Shown: positions 9,596 through 19,687 of the stretch, piece by piece
Layout of the letters: every line of letters begins with the position of its first letter
How positions within the stretch are numbered: the first letter of the stretch is position 1
Assembly (NCBI GenBank): GCA_023262965.1
Contig: JALQXX010000003.1
Coordinates: 3,996 to 67,995 of the forward strand
DNA length: 64,000 bases
Source of the DNA: Candidatus Marinamargulisbacteria bacterium
GTDB lineage: Bacteria > Margulisbacteria > Marinamargulisbacteria > UBA817
Reading direction: 5' to 3'
Notes under the pieces: model-generated
Told to the model about the DNA's origin: nothing
The model's database searches: none
The model's input: the letters and a program-made list of their open reading frames with translations, nothing else
Made by a program: the position numbers and the translations under genes

Positions 9596-11671
9596 ATGTA
9601 TGAAGTAAAACAAACAATAGCGGGGCGAGACATTATATTGCAAACGGGGGTTATGGCGCGCCAAGCGAATGGGGCGGTTGTATTACGGTGTGGGGAAACC
9701 GTTTTATTAGCAACAGCAACCATGTCCAAAACCCCCCGTCCGGATGCGGACTTTTTTCCATTGACCGTGGAATTTGTTGAGAAATATTATGCGGTTGGCA
9801 AGTTTGCCGGTGGCTACATTAAGCGTGAGGCACGTCCGTCTAAAAACGCAACGCTTATGTCTCGGTTAATTGACCGACCCTTGCGCCCTTGTTTTCCCAA
9901 AGGGTTTTATCATGATGTGCAAATTATTGTGACGTTGTTATCAATGGATGATGGGTTTCCGATTGATCATCTGGCTATTATTGCGGCTTCAGCGGCATTA
10001 GCGGTATCGAATATTCCCTGCAATGCCCTAATTGGCGCGGCCTTGGTGGGTGATGTGGCGGGTTCGTTAACGGTTAATCCAACGGTAGAGGCCATGTCGG
10101 ATTCATCCTTACACATGGTTATTGCGGGTACAAAAGATGCGGTGCTCATGATTGAGTCGGGGGCAAATGAGGTATCGGAAGAGCGTATCATTGATGCAAT
10201 TGAGTGTGGTCATGACGGCATTAAGGCCAGCATTGATTTGCAGCAGGCATTGGTGAATCAGGTGTCTCCAACCAAATACGTGTTGCCTGAACCCGCTGAT
10301 CACGGGGATTTGAATCAAAAAATAACCGATTTTTTGGGCACGCGTATTGCGGATAATCTGAAAAGTGGCAACAAGCATGTTATTGAACAATTTTTGTTGG
10401 ACTGCGAGGAATCGGTTATGGCCGCGTTTTCCATAGCGGACGATGATGACCACAACGCGGTTGTTGCCCAGGTATTTCAGGGTATAAAAAAATCCCAAAT
10501 TCGCCAATCAATTATTGAACAAAAAATTCGTCCGGATGGGCGAAAAACCACCGATATTCGCGACATCACCATTGCCTTGGATGTATTGCCTGCCGTCCAT
10601 GGATCCAGTTTATTTACCCGTGGGGAAACCCAAAGCTTGGGTATTGTGACATTGGGAACCGATGGAGACGAGCAAAACTCCGATGTGTTTGGTGAACAGG
10701 TATCGGAATCCTTTTATTTTCACTACAATTTCCCCCCATTTTCGGTGGGAGAGTGTGGATTTTTGCGAACCGGTCGGCGTGAATTGGGGCATGGTGAGTT
10801 GGCGCAACGGGCGTTGGCCCCAATGATTCCTTCACGGGAGACGTTTCCGTATGTGATTCGATTGGTATCGGAGATACTGGAATCCAACGGCTCCTCCTCA
10901 ATGGCTTCGGTGTGTTCCGGTAGTCTGTGTTTAATGGCCAGTGGTGTCCCCATTAAGGCCCCGGTATCGGGTATTGCAATGGGACTATTAATGGATGATG
11001 CCGGTAATTACACCATTTTGTCCGATATTCAAGGATTGGAAGACCACTACGGGGATATGGACTTCAAAGTGGCGGGTACTGCCGACGGAATTACGGCGTT
11101 GCAGTTGGATATAAAAATTGAAGGATTGTCCCGAGATATTTTGGTGGATGCTTTAGCCCAGGCCAAAGAGGGGCGTCATCATATTTTGAATAAAATGAAT
11201 CAGGTGTTGGCAGCACCGCGTGCGACACTTACGGATCGTGCCCCGAAAGTAGAAACCATTTATATTAAACCCGATAAAGTGGGTATGTTAATTGGCCCGG
11301 GCGGTAAGCAAATTCGAAAAATTGAAGAAGATACCAAGGCGGTTGTGTACGTGGTAGATGGCGACAAAGGCGAGGTGAGTATTGCCGGTAAAAACGGTGA
11401 TATTATTGCTCATGCCCGTCGCATTATTCTGGAATTGCTTAAAGATGTTGAAAAAGGGGAGGTGTACAATGGTCGTGTGGTGAAAATCATGAATTTTGGT
11501 GCCTTTGTGGAATTATTGCCTGGAAAAGAGGCGTTGTTGCACATTTCCAAAATTGCAGAAGAGCGTGTTAATAAAGTCGAAGATTACTTTCGTGTAGGGG
11601 ATCCGGTGAAGGTGAAAGTATTGGAGATTGATCGGCAAGGTCGCGTCAACGTCACTCGCGTACTGGACTAG
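9596..11671 (+). CDS. pnp: Polyribonucleotide nucleotidyltransferase (PNPase)
   Basis: 691 aa with two RNase PH domains, a KH domain (IGPGGKQIRKI) and a C-terminal S1 domain. Confidence 0.95.
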   Translation: MYEVKQTIAGRDIILQTGVMARQANGAVVLRCGETVLLATATMSKTPRPDADFFPLTVEFVEKYYAVGKFAGGYIKREARPSKNATLMSRLIDRPLRPCFPKGFYHDVQIIVTLLSMDDGFPIDHLAIIAASAALAVSNIPCNALIGAALVGDVAGSLTVNPTVEAMSDSSLHMVIAGTKDAVLMIESGANEVSEERIIDAIECGHDGIKASIDLQQALVNQVSPTKYVLPEPADHGDLNQKITDFLGTRIADNLKSGNKHVIEQFLLDCEESVMAAFSIADDDDHNAVVAQVFQGIKKSQIRQSIIEQKIRPDGRKTTDIRDITIALDVLPAVHGSSLFTRGETQSLGIVTLGTDGDEQNSDVFGEQVSESFYFHYNFPPFSVGECGFLRTGRRELGHGELAQRALAPMIPSRETFPYVIRLVSEILESNGSSSMASVCSGSLCLMASGVPIKAPVSGIAMGLLMDDAGNYTILSDIQGLEDHYGDMDFKVAGTADGITALQLDIKIEGLSRDILVDALAQAKEGRHHILNKMNQVLAAPRATLTDRAPKVETIYIKPDKVGMLIGPGGKQIRKIEEDTKAVVYVVDGDKGEVSIAGKNGDIIAHARRIILELLKDVEKGEVYNGRVVKIMNFGAFVELLPGKEALLHISKIAEERVNKVEDYFRVGDPVKVKVLEIDRQGRVNVTRVLD

Positions 11672-11674
11672 GGC

Positions 11675-12928
11675 ATGTCCCCGGTCCAGCCCACCCATTT
11701 TTGCCACGGGGGTATTGATACCCTTGTGGCGCCGTTGCCATCGGCAGCATCGGTAACGGTATCGGTGTTTTTGGATGTGGGGTTGGTAGATGAGCCAACC
11801 CATGTGGGGGGGATCTCCCATTTTTTGGAGCACATGTGTTTTCGGGGGACGCATAAACGATCGGCTTACGAAATTACCAAGGCGGTGGATGATTTGGGGG
11901 GGTATGTGAATGCTTACACCACCAAGGAACTCACGTGCTATTACATTACCGTGTTGCCAGAGTCCCTGCCGGAAGGGGTGGCGATTTTATTCGATGCGGT
12001 ATTTGATTCGGTGCATGATGCCGCGAGTGTGGCCCTAGAAAAAGGTATCATTACCGAAGAAATTCATATGTACGATGATACCCCTGATGAAAAGATTATG
12101 GATGTATTGCAGGCCGATATGTTTCCCGATCATTATTTGGGGCGGCCTATTTTGGGAACCGCAGAGACGGTTGCGGCCTGTACATCGGATGCGATTAAGC
12201 AGCATTATGCCCATTATTTTGTGCCTGGGCGGATTAAATGTGTGGTAGCGGGGGCTTTTCACCAGCCACTGACGCAGGTGATGGATATCATCAAATCCGC
12301 TCAAGATCGTATTTTATCCCGTTGCAGGACAGCCATTGATCCGGTAGTGAGGCTAACCGCGCCAAAAGGCAATTTGCGGCGACATGTTGAAAAAGATTTG
12401 GAACAGATGCATACCGCTTATGGATTTAAGGGCGCCGCGTATCGGGATCCCAATGCCTATGCGGTGACTATGTTGGCCACGTTATTGGGGGGGTCTATGA
12501 GTTCGCGGTTGTTTCAGTCCGTGCGTGAAACCAAGGGCTTAGCCTATGCTATTTATTGTTCTGCAACGCGGTATAAGACAACGGGGTCGGTGATTATTTA
12601 TGCCGGGACCTCGGTGGCCAATGTGGCGCAGGCCGAAGCATGCATTGACCATGAATTGGATCGATTATGCCAACATGGTATCGATGATGATGAATTTAAC
12701 CGCACGTATTGCCAACTAAAAGGCCAAACCATTATTCAAATGGAGGGGTCGTCCGCATGGGCAAATTGGTTGGGACGCCAGTTAATCTATCAAACCAATA
12801 TGCGAACGATGGATGATCTCCAAACCGCTTTGCGGGGCATTCAAAAATCGACTGTGGAGTCATTGGCCCGTGATATGTTCGGTTCATCAGCGGGTATTCG
12901 GGTGTCGCTGGGGCCCTCTCGTCCGTAA
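11675..12928 (+). CDS. M16-family zinc peptidase (insulinase-like)
   Basis: Inverted zinc motif HFLEHMCFRGT (HxxEH); 417 aa. Confidence 0.75.
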   Translation: MSPVQPTHFCHGGIDTLVAPLPSAASVTVSVFLDVGLVDEPTHVGGISHFLEHMCFRGTHKRSAYEITKAVDDLGGYVNAYTTKELTCYYITVLPESLPEGVAILFDAVFDSVHDAASVALEKGIITEEIHMYDDTPDEKIMDVLQADMFPDHYLGRPILGTAETVAACTSDAIKQHYAHYFVPGRIKCVVAGAFHQPLTQVMDIIKSAQDRILSRCRTAIDPVVRLTAPKGNLRRHVEKDLEQMHTAYGFKGAAYRDPNAYAVTMLATLLGGSMSSRLFQSVRETKGLAYAIYCSATRYKTTGSVIIYAGTSVANVAQAEACIDHELDRLCQHGIDDDEFNRTYCQLKGQTIIQMEGSSAWANWLGRQLIYQTNMRTMDDLQTALRGIQKSTVESLARDMFGSSAGIRVSLGPSRP

Positions 12929-12980
12929 AACCGGCAGCGGGGGTTTGTTTTTCACGTGAATTTCGATTATTATTACCCGT

Positions 12981-13232
12981 ATGGAAGCGGATAAACCAAC
13001 ATCGGATGAGCAATTTATTTCAGATATTAAGCAAAGTATTCAGAATACAACCTTTCGGGCATCGGATAAAGTCATCAAGTCGGCCTATGCGTATTTGGTG
13101 AAAAACAAGTGTTTCAATCCCGATAAGGATGACGTTGTTAAAGCATTTTTTCTAAAAAAAATACCCAGTGTATTGGCTGTGGAGGTATCAAAGGAATTGA
13201 ATGGTGTGTTGGGATTGAATTTGGATATTTAA
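12981..13232 (+). CDS. Hypothetical small protein
   Basis: An 83-aa ORF in an otherwise intergenic gap. No recognisable motif. Confidence 0.3.
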   Translation: MEADKPTSDEQFISDIKQSIQNTTFRASDKVIKSAYAYLVKNKCFNPDKDDVVKAFFLKKIPSVLAVEVSKELNGVLGLNLDI

Positions 13233-13355
13233 CCCATATAGGCATCAACAGATTGGCAAAAAAAATCTTGAAATGAAGGCTGTTGCTCGGTATAGTTAGT
13301 GTATGAGTACAGTTCTTGTGGTCGTTTGTGTGTGGGCGTACCATGGGTTTGGATC

Positions 13356-13369
13356 ATAGTGATCACTAT
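13356..13369. promoter_or_regulatory. Perfect 14-bp palindrome ATAGTGATCACTAT just upstream of the nrdB RBS (candidate operator)
   Basis: Seen directly in the sequence. It lies 6 nt upstream of AAGGAG and the ATG at 13391, and contains CACTAT/ATAGTG hexamers reminiscent of NrdR-box half-sites. Confidence 0.3.
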
Positions 13370-13390
13370 AGCGTAAGGAGCGTGGTATAA

Positions 13391-14455
13391 ATGCCAGTCG
13401 GTAATAAAATGTTTCAAGGTGAGTTTAGTGAGGTGGCTGAAATGTCCAATCAGCACATTATCAATAAGCGTCGCATTATTAATGGGTATGATGATGGATT
13501 GCTTCAGGCATCCCCGTTGAAGCACCCCTGGGCCCGGGATATTTTTAAGGGCATGCAAAAAAATAACTGGGTAGCTGAAGAGATATCGTTTCAAAAAGAT
13601 AAAGAGCAATGGGAGGGGAATGCCTTAACAGGACAGGAGCGGGAGTGTTTTTTGCGTGCCCTGGCCTTTGCCTCCAATTTGGATGGCTTATTGGTCAATT
13701 CTTTGTCGGAGGTTATCAAGCCGCACATTACATCGCCGGAAGTGGTATTGGCGATTGCGCGGCAAATTTACGAAGAGTGTTTGCATGTGGATAGTTATTC
13801 ATGCATGGTTGAGGCGGTCGGCTTGGATCCGGAGTTGGTGTATGGCTTATACCGCAAAGACAAGCATTTGTTTTACAAAAATAAGCGTGTGTTGGAGTCC
13901 ATGTATCGGATTAATCGTCCTGATTTTTCCACCAAATCCCTAGAAGGCGCTCAGGAGTTTGTTGAGGCCTGTTCCACCAACTTGATTTTTGAGGGCATCT
14001 TCTTTTTTAGTGCCTTCTTGGTGTTTTACAACTTTGGTCGCCACAACAAAATGCCGGGCAGTAAAGAGATGATTCAATTCATTAATCGAGACGAGGATTT
14101 GCATGTTCGATTGTTTGTGAACATTATCAATACCATTAGACAGGAGCAGCCGGAGGTGTGGACAGCGCCCTTGCAGGCGCAGATTCGCCGCAATATTCTG
14201 GATGCGGTGGATATGGAGATTGAATGGGGTATTTCCTGTATTGGGGATGGCATTTTGGGCATTACACCCGTTATGTTAACCGACTATATTCGCTTTATTG
14301 GGGACATGCGTTTGTCAGCAATTGGGTTGGAGCCGGCGTTTAATGTCAGCAATCCCTTTCCATGGTTGGATGAATTTACTCAGAACAATATGATTGAAAC
14401 GAACTTTTTTGAAGGGACGGTCCGTGAATACCAATCCGGCAGCTTGGAATGGTAA
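13391..14455 (+). CDS. nrdB: Class I ribonucleotide reductase small (beta) subunit
   Basis: Di-iron ligand motifs EECLH...Y (ExxH with the Tyr radical at +4), FEGIFFFSAF and NRDEDLH (ExxH); 354 aa. No alpha subunit lies adjacent. Confidence 0.85.
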   Translation: MPVGNKMFQGEFSEVAEMSNQHIINKRRIINGYDDGLLQASPLKHPWARDIFKGMQKNNWVAEEISFQKDKEQWEGNALTGQERECFLRALAFASNLDGLLVNSLSEVIKPHITSPEVVLAIARQIYEECLHVDSYSCMVEAVGLDPELVYGLYRKDKHLFYKNKRVLESMYRINRPDFSTKSLEGAQEFVEACSTNLIFEGIFFFSAFLVFYNFGRHNKMPGSKEMIQFINRDEDLHVRLFVNIINTIRQEQPEVWTAPLQAQIRRNILDAVDMEIEWGISCIGDGILGITPVMLTDYIRFIGDMRLSAIGLEPAFNVSNPFPWLDEFTQNNMIETNFFEGTVREYQSGSLEW

Positions 14456-14514
14456 AGTGTTGAAACCAACTTTCAAAAGTGGTACCATAAATTCTACAAT
14501 TACTGGAGGTAAAT

Positions 14515-14724
14515 ATGGCAGTCGTATTTTATAATGTGCGAAAGCGAAAGCGCGTATCGATTGATGAATCGGAGCTTAGCAAGTGTACATATCCTCGTGA
14601 AACCAGCAAGGGACTCCAGTTACGCTATGCGTTTAAAGCACACGACAATGATGGAATGAGCTTAACAAAGTTTGTAACCAAAGAACATTACGATAGTGTG
14701 GATGCCCCCATTGTAGATCGGTGA
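14515..14724 (+). CDS. Hypothetical small basic protein
   Basis: A 69-aa ORF with a strong RBS (GGAGGT, 6 nt before the ATG), just downstream of nrdB. Confidence 0.35.
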   Translation: MAVVFYNVRKRKRVSIDESELSKCTYPRETSKGLQLRYAFKAHDNDGMSLTKFVTKEHYDSVDAPIVDR

Positions 14725-14758
14725 TATCTAAGGTGGGGACGATATTCTGTATGCTTGT

Positions 14759-15577
14759 ATGAAAACCATTTCTAAATCCGTTACACTCACTGGCGAGGCC
14801 TTGCATTCGGGGAACTTAGTGGTTATAACGATTGCGCCTTCGTCGAAAGAAGGTATTCGGTTTATTTACAATCACGACGTTGTTGATATAACGGTGGACG
14901 CCTTGGTGGATGGCACTGAGCGGGCTACCCAAGTAACCAACGGTGTGACAACCATTAATACACCGGAGCATTTTTTGTCGGCCTGTTATGCGCTATCGCT
15001 AACCAATATTGATGTTACGCTGAGTCACGACGAATTTCCGATATTGGATGGCAGTTCTCGGGGCTTTATAGCCGCTTTGTTGCCGTTGTGTGTGGACGCT
15101 CCGGAAGAGGATGTGCGTCCGGAGTACTGTGTCAAAGCGGACATGGGCTGGCGGTCGCACCGCTCGGAGTATCACGCCTTTCCCTACGATGGTCTGCGTA
15201 TTGATGCGATTGTGTCCTACCCAAGCCGATGGGTCCAAACGGTTGCGTATCACTACATTCATTCCTTGGATGCGTATCAGCGCGAGATTGCGTCGGCGCG
15301 AACGTATGGCTTTACGGATGAATTGGAGATGTTGCGCGAGAAAGGGTTGGCTCAAGGGGGTAATTTGGGGAATGCCTTGATCATAACGGATACCGGTTAT
15401 ATGAATGAACCGCGATTTCCGGATGAGATGGTGCGCCATAAGATATTGGATTTTATAGGGGATATGGCGGTTGTTTTTGGCTCCATTAAAGGCCATTTTG
15501 TGTTGGTACGCCCCTCCCATCATGGCAATGCTGTTGTGGCAAAATCAATGTGGCAGCATCTGAACCGTCTGTATTAG
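14759..15577 (+). CDS. lpxC: UDP-3-O-acyl-N-acetylglucosamine deacetylase
   Basis: N-terminal TISKSVTLTGEALHSGN and C-terminal HKILDFIGDMAV...RPSHHGN motifs. Confidence 0.9.
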   Translation: MKTISKSVTLTGEALHSGNLVVITIAPSSKEGIRFIYNHDVVDITVDALVDGTERATQVTNGVTTINTPEHFLSACYALSLTNIDVTLSHDEFPILDGSSRGFIAALLPLCVDAPEEDVRPEYCVKADMGWRSHRSEYHAFPYDGLRIDAIVSYPSRWVQTVAYHYIHSLDAYQREIASARTYGFTDELEMLREKGLAQGGNLGNALIITDTGYMNEPRFPDEMVRHKILDFIGDMAVVFGSIKGHFVLVRPSHHGNAVVAKSMWQHLNRLY

Positions 15578-15843
15578 GCGGTTTTGCGTTTCATATTGTG
15601 GATGATGTTCAATGCGGCTTCACGCTGATCATCGTCCTTCATCACCATATCGTGTAGCGCATGCACCAGTTTCAAATCGTCCTCCGATAAGGTTTTTCCT
15701 ACAATCCCCTCCAATTTCAAGGCCAGCAAAATTAAGGTGGAGACGACCTTACGATCATCATCCTCCAAATGGGGCAACACACGCTCAATCGTGGCGACAA
15801 ATCGATCGTATTGCTGTTGTTTTTTTGGAAGTAATCCGGTCAT
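15574..15843 (-). CDS. Hypothetical acidic all-helical small protein, apparently translationally coupled to the ArsR gene
   Basis: 89 aa. Its start overlaps the arsR stop by 4 nt on the minus strand. Confidence 0.4.
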   Translation of the reverse strand: MTGLLPKKQQQYDRFVATIERVLPHLEDDDRKVVSTLILLALKLEGIVGKTLSEDDLKLVHALHDMVMKDDDQREAALNIIHNMKRKTA

Positions 15844-16193
15844 TGCGATACCAGCGTCTTAGCATCCTCAATCAATGCCATAAATGAGTGATAATGAATG
15901 GAATAAAACACGTGACGTCCTTTCTTATAGGCTTTGACAATACCCGCACGACGTAGGGTATTTAAATGATGGGATGTTGTGGATTGTTGTAAGAAAAAAT
16001 GCTTCTCAATATCTTGAGCGCACATTTCATTGTGGGTGTGTAGTAGTTGTACAATTTTTAAGCGATCTTCATTAGCGAGTGCTTTAAAAAAGTGAAGACA
16101 GTTATGATTCATGTGTGATGACCTCCAATTCCATATACCCTTGCAATGCGTTGGGTATGTAGACATTGCCGGATGCATCCTGATAATTCTCAA
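15840..16193 (-). CDS. ArsR/SmtB-family transcriptional regulator
   Basis: Winged-HTH signature NEDRLKIVQLL...QSTTSHHLNTLRRAGIV. The true start is probably internal, near 16112. Confidence 0.75.
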   Translation of the reverse strand: MRIIRMHPAMSTYPTHCKGIWNWRSSHMNHNCLHFFKALANEDRLKIVQLLHTHNEMCAQDIEKHFFLQQSTTSHHLNTLRRAGIVKAYKKGRHVFYSIHYHSFMALIEDAKTLVSQ

Positions 16194-17355
16194 GAATCGC
16201 CGCCATTGTTCGACCCACGGCTAGGCCCGACCCATTCAAGGTATGCAGGTAACGGACCGATCCATCGGCATGTCTATACCGTATTTTCGATCGAATCGCT
16301 TGAAAGTCAAGGAAATTGGAGCAGGATGATATTTCGCGGTACTGATTTTGGGCGGGCAACCAGACTTCCAAGTCAAATGTTTGGGCGGCGGAAAACCCGG
16401 TATCCCCGCTACACAGTGCCACCACCCGGTAGGGCAACTCCAGCCGTTGTAAAATGGTTTCAGCGTGGGATAATAGGGTCATCAAGTGGTCATTGGAGGT
16501 CTCCGGGGTGACCAGTTGGACCAGCTCCACCTTGTTAAATTGATGCAATCGAATCAGGCCTTTCATATCGGTGCCGTAGGATCCCGCCTCTTTGCGAAAG
16601 CAGGGGGTAAACGCGCAGTATTTGAGGGGGAGGTCGGCGGCTGATAGGATTTCATTGGCATGGAAGTTGGTTAATTGCACCTCGGCGGTGGGGCTTAGCC
16701 AGTAATCGTTGTCCACGTGGTATTGATCGTCTTTGAACTTGGGTAGCTGACCGGTGCCTTGTAGGGCCGCGGTATTAATGAGTACGGGGGGGGATAGTTC
16801 GCAGTACCCAAAGTCGTTGACATGGGTATTGAGCATAAAGGTGGCAATAGCACGTTCCAGCCGGGCCCCCAATCCCTTAAAAATGGCGAACCGGGATCCG
16901 GCAATTTTGGCGGCCCGATCAAAGTCAATGATGCCCAAATGCGTGGCCAATTCGTCGTGAGACTTGGGGGGGAAATCCCGTTGTTGCGGGGTTCCAACGG
17001 TACGAATCACGCGATTATGGCGGTCGTCCGGCCCAATGGGTACATCGGGCGTTAGAATATTGGGGATTTGCATGGCCAATGCCCGTCGGGCCTCGTCGAG
17101 GTCATTGACCTGTTGTTGACGGGTTTTAATGGTGGCCGATAGGTTGGCCAAGGCCTCCCGTTGGTGGGGGGTGGGGGCTCCTTTGGGAACCGACTGGTTG
17201 CGTTCGGCTTTTAAGGCGTCTAGGGCCTGATTTTCCCGACGCCAGGTAGCGTCCAGGTCCTGCAGTTGGTGGAGTAACGATACATCGGCGTTTCGGTTCG
17301 TTAATGCGGCTTCAACCACCTCGGGGGTGTCACGGAGTATGCGGGGGTTAATCAT
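16102..17355 (-). CDS. serS: Seryl-tRNA synthetase
   Basis: MINPRILRDTPEVV N-terminal coiled coil and class II aaRS motifs. The start is taken at the internal Met, MINPRIL. Confidence 0.9.
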   Translation of the reverse strand: MINPRILRDTPEVVEAALTNRNADVSLLHQLQDLDATWRRENQALDALKAERNQSVPKGAPTPHQREALANLSATIKTRQQQVNDLDEARRALAMQIPNILTPDVPIGPDDRHNRVIRTVGTPQQRDFPPKSHDELATHLGIIDFDRAAKIAGSRFAIFKGLGARLERAIATFMLNTHVNDFGYCELSPPVLINTAALQGTGQLPKFKDDQYHVDNDYWLSPTAEVQLTNFHANEILSAADLPLKYCAFTPCFRKEAGSYGTDMKGLIRLHQFNKVELVQLVTPETSNDHLMTLLSHAETILQRLELPYRVVALCSGDTGFSAAQTFDLEVWLPAQNQYREISSCSNFLDFQAIRSKIRYRHADGSVRYLHTLNGSGLAVGRTMAAILENYQDASGNVYIPNALQGYMELEVITHES

Positions 17356-18217
17356 GCAGGTGATACCGTCCGTAATGGCCCAAGAATCGAAAAAACAGCG
17401 ATGCGGCTTTAAGCTCACGGCATAGGCCATCGCGATCCGCAATGGTGTGGCCTGCCATCGAAAATTCTACATAAAAAATATACGCCCCGGGCCGATTTTT
17501 GTTGGGACGCGATAATATTTTGGTCATGTTCATATTATAGTTGTGAAACAGTGTTAGTGCACCTACCAAGCTGCCGGGTTGATCGTGGGGCGTTGAAAAC
17601 GCAACCATGGCCCGGACATCCATATCGATGGGGGATGACGGGGGCGCCGTTATTTTTTCAATAAAGCCAAATTCCGTGGCATTGTGATTATGATCGTGAA
17701 TGGCGTCGTGAATAACCACACAATCATGGTAATCGCACAAGCCTTTGTGGCCAATAAGGGCTGTTGTGGCAATCGGTAATTGCAAATCGGTTAATCGGGT
17801 CAATGCGGCGGCGGTGGATGACGAATGATGCACGGTGGCATGGGGAAAATGGCGATGAATAAAGCCATGGCACTGCGCAATGGCGTGGGGCATGGATATG
17901 ATATCGGTGATATCGGTTATCTGAAGCGTGGGGTTACAGCTGATTAAGCTTTGGTGAATGGGCATGGTATACGATGCGGTAATGGCCAAATCCTCGTAAT
18001 CCACCAAGGCATCCAATACGGGATTCACGGGGCCTTCGATGACGTTTTCAATGGGGGAAAAAATACCCGAAACGGTGTCGCTGGCCAAGGCCTCAAACAA
18101 TGTGGGGAAGGTATGAAATAGGTGAACGGGCAGATGGCTACAATCGCGTAATGGGGCGGCTTGCTGATAGGCGTAATCGGTAAAGGTGCCCTTGGGACCA
18201 AAACAGCCAATGGTCAT
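17348..18217 (-). CDS. pheA: Prephenate dehydratase
   Basis: The GPKGTFTDYA N-terminal motif, a PDT domain and a C-terminal ACT domain; 289 aa. Confidence 0.8.
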   Translation of the reverse strand: MTIGCFGPKGTFTDYAYQQAAPLRDCSHLPVHLFHTFPTLFEALASDTVSGIFSPIENVIEGPVNPVLDALVDYEDLAITASYTMPIHQSLISCNPTLQITDITDIISMPHAIAQCHGFIHRHFPHATVHHSSSTAAALTRLTDLQLPIATTALIGHKGLCDYHDCVVIHDAIHDHNHNATEFGFIEKITAPPSSPIDMDVRAMVAFSTPHDQPGSLVGALTLFHNYNMNMTKILSRPNKNRPGAYIFYVEFSMAGHTIADRDGLCRELKAASLFFRFLGHYGRYHLHD

Positions 18218-19485
18218 TAACGGTTGGGGTAAATGGGATGCTTGGTGCAGAGTGTTGTCACCATAGCACGGGCGTTGTCTAATACGGCGGGGTTTTCGGG
18301 GTCCTGCAAGACCATATGAATAATATCCACAACGGTGTCAACATCGCTGGTGGTAAATCCACGGGTTGTAATCGCCGGTGTTCCAAACCGCATTCCCGAT
18401 GTAACAAAGGGGCTTTCGGTATCAAAGGGAACGGCGTTTTTGTTGGCCGTAATGTGGACGCTATCCAATACGGCTTCGGCAAATTTACCGGTTAAGCCTT
18501 GCGGGCGAAAGTCTACTAAATTTAAATGGTTATCGGATCCGTTGGTTAACACTTTAAATCCGTGGGATACAAATCGCTTGGCCATGGCTTGTGAATTGGC
18601 TACAACGTTGCCTTGGTAGGTTTTAAATTCGGGGGTTAGGGCTTCTTTAAACGAAACCGCTTTGGCGGCAATCACATGCATGAGCGGCCCGCCTTGATTG
18701 CCCGGAAACACAGACTTGTTGATTTTTTGAATCATGTCCGGATTGTTGGTTAAAATAATGCCGCCCCGGGGACCACGGAGTGATTTGTGGGTGGTGGATG
18801 TGACAACATCGGCATGGGGAACGGGCGATGGGTGGTGGCCACTGGCGACCAATCCGGCGATGTGCGCCATGTCGACCATAAAATAGGCCCCAACCGATTT
18901 AGCGATGGCGGCCATTGCTTCAAAATCAATGATTCGGGGATAAGCGGATGCGCCACCAATAATGAGTTTGGGGCGATGCGTCTCGGCTAATCGAGCGAAT
19001 TCAGCCATGTCCAATTCCTCGGTATCGCGATTAATCCCATAGGGCACAACGGTATAAAATTTTCCTGAGAAATTTACGGGAGACCCGTGGGTTAAATGCC
19101 CGCCTTGCGATAAATCCATCCCCATAATGGTGTCGCCGGGGTTGAGTAAGGCTGTAAATACCGCTACATTGGCTTGAGCACCGGAATGGGGCTGAACATT
19201 GGCGTAAGTGGCGTTAAATAGGGTGCAAACCCGTTCGATGGCCAGGCGTTCAATACCGTCAACGTGTTCACAGCCCCCGTAGTAGCGTTTGCCGGGTAAT
19301 CCCTCGGCGTATTTGTTGGTTAAGCAGGAGCCTTGAGCGTTCATGACGGCTAAGGAGGTGATGTTTTCGGAGGCGATTAATTCAATACTATGTTGCTGAC
19401 GATCCCATTCTTGTTCAATTAACGTGTGAATTTCGGGGTCTTGGGTGTGTAAATAAGGTAAACGATGGTTTAATTGTGTTGTCAT
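18217..19485 (-). CDS. glyA: Serine hydroxymethyltransferase
   Basis: [18 protein letters not shown] and the PLP lysine region [12 protein letters not shown]. Confidence 0.95.
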   Translation of the reverse strand: MTTQLNHRLPYLHTQDPEIHTLIEQEWDRQQHSIELIASENITSLAVMNAQGSCLTNKYAEGLPGKRYYGGCEHVDGIERLAIERVCTLFNATYANVQPHSGAQANVAVFTALLNPGDTIMGMDLSQGGHLTHGSPVNFSGKFYTVVPYGINRDTEELDMAEFARLAETHRPKLIIGGASAYPRIIDFEAMAAIAKSVGAYFMVDMAHIAGLVASGHHPSPVPHADVVTSTTHKSLRGPRGGIILTNNPDMIQKINKSVFPGNQGGPLMHVIAAKAVSFKEALTPEFKTYQGNVVANSQAMAKRFVSHGFKVLTNGSDNHLNLVDFRPQGLTGKFAEAVLDSVHITANKNAVPFDTESPFVTSGMRFGTPAITTRGFTTSDVDTVVDIIHMVLQDPENPAVLDNARAMVTTLCTKHPIYPNR

Positions 19486-19687
19486 ATTAGTACTCCAGAC
19501 TATAAGAGTAGCATAATTGACGGGTGGTGTATAGGGAAGGTCTTTTGAGGGATTAAAAAATAAAAAGATATTTTATAAATTAAAAATACATCAATATTAA
19601 TATATTTAATTTTTTTTGTACGCAATGTGCAGCGCTCGCCAAAATGCACATTGTATCAACCCCCATCCACGTGATTAAATAACAATC

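Noticed and set aside
9967-10953. ORFs on the opposite strand or in alternative frames inside pnp (9967..10191, 10109..10507, 10610..10953).
   Set aside because: They overlap the conserved pnp reading frame completely. They are typical spurious ORFs in a GC-moderate gene.
16695-17055. Pro/Gly-rich ORFs (16695..16997 minus strand; 16754..16960 and 16822..17055 plus strand) within the serS region.
   Set aside because: They lie antisense to or out of frame with the conserved serS core. Their low-complexity composition is typical of shadow frames.
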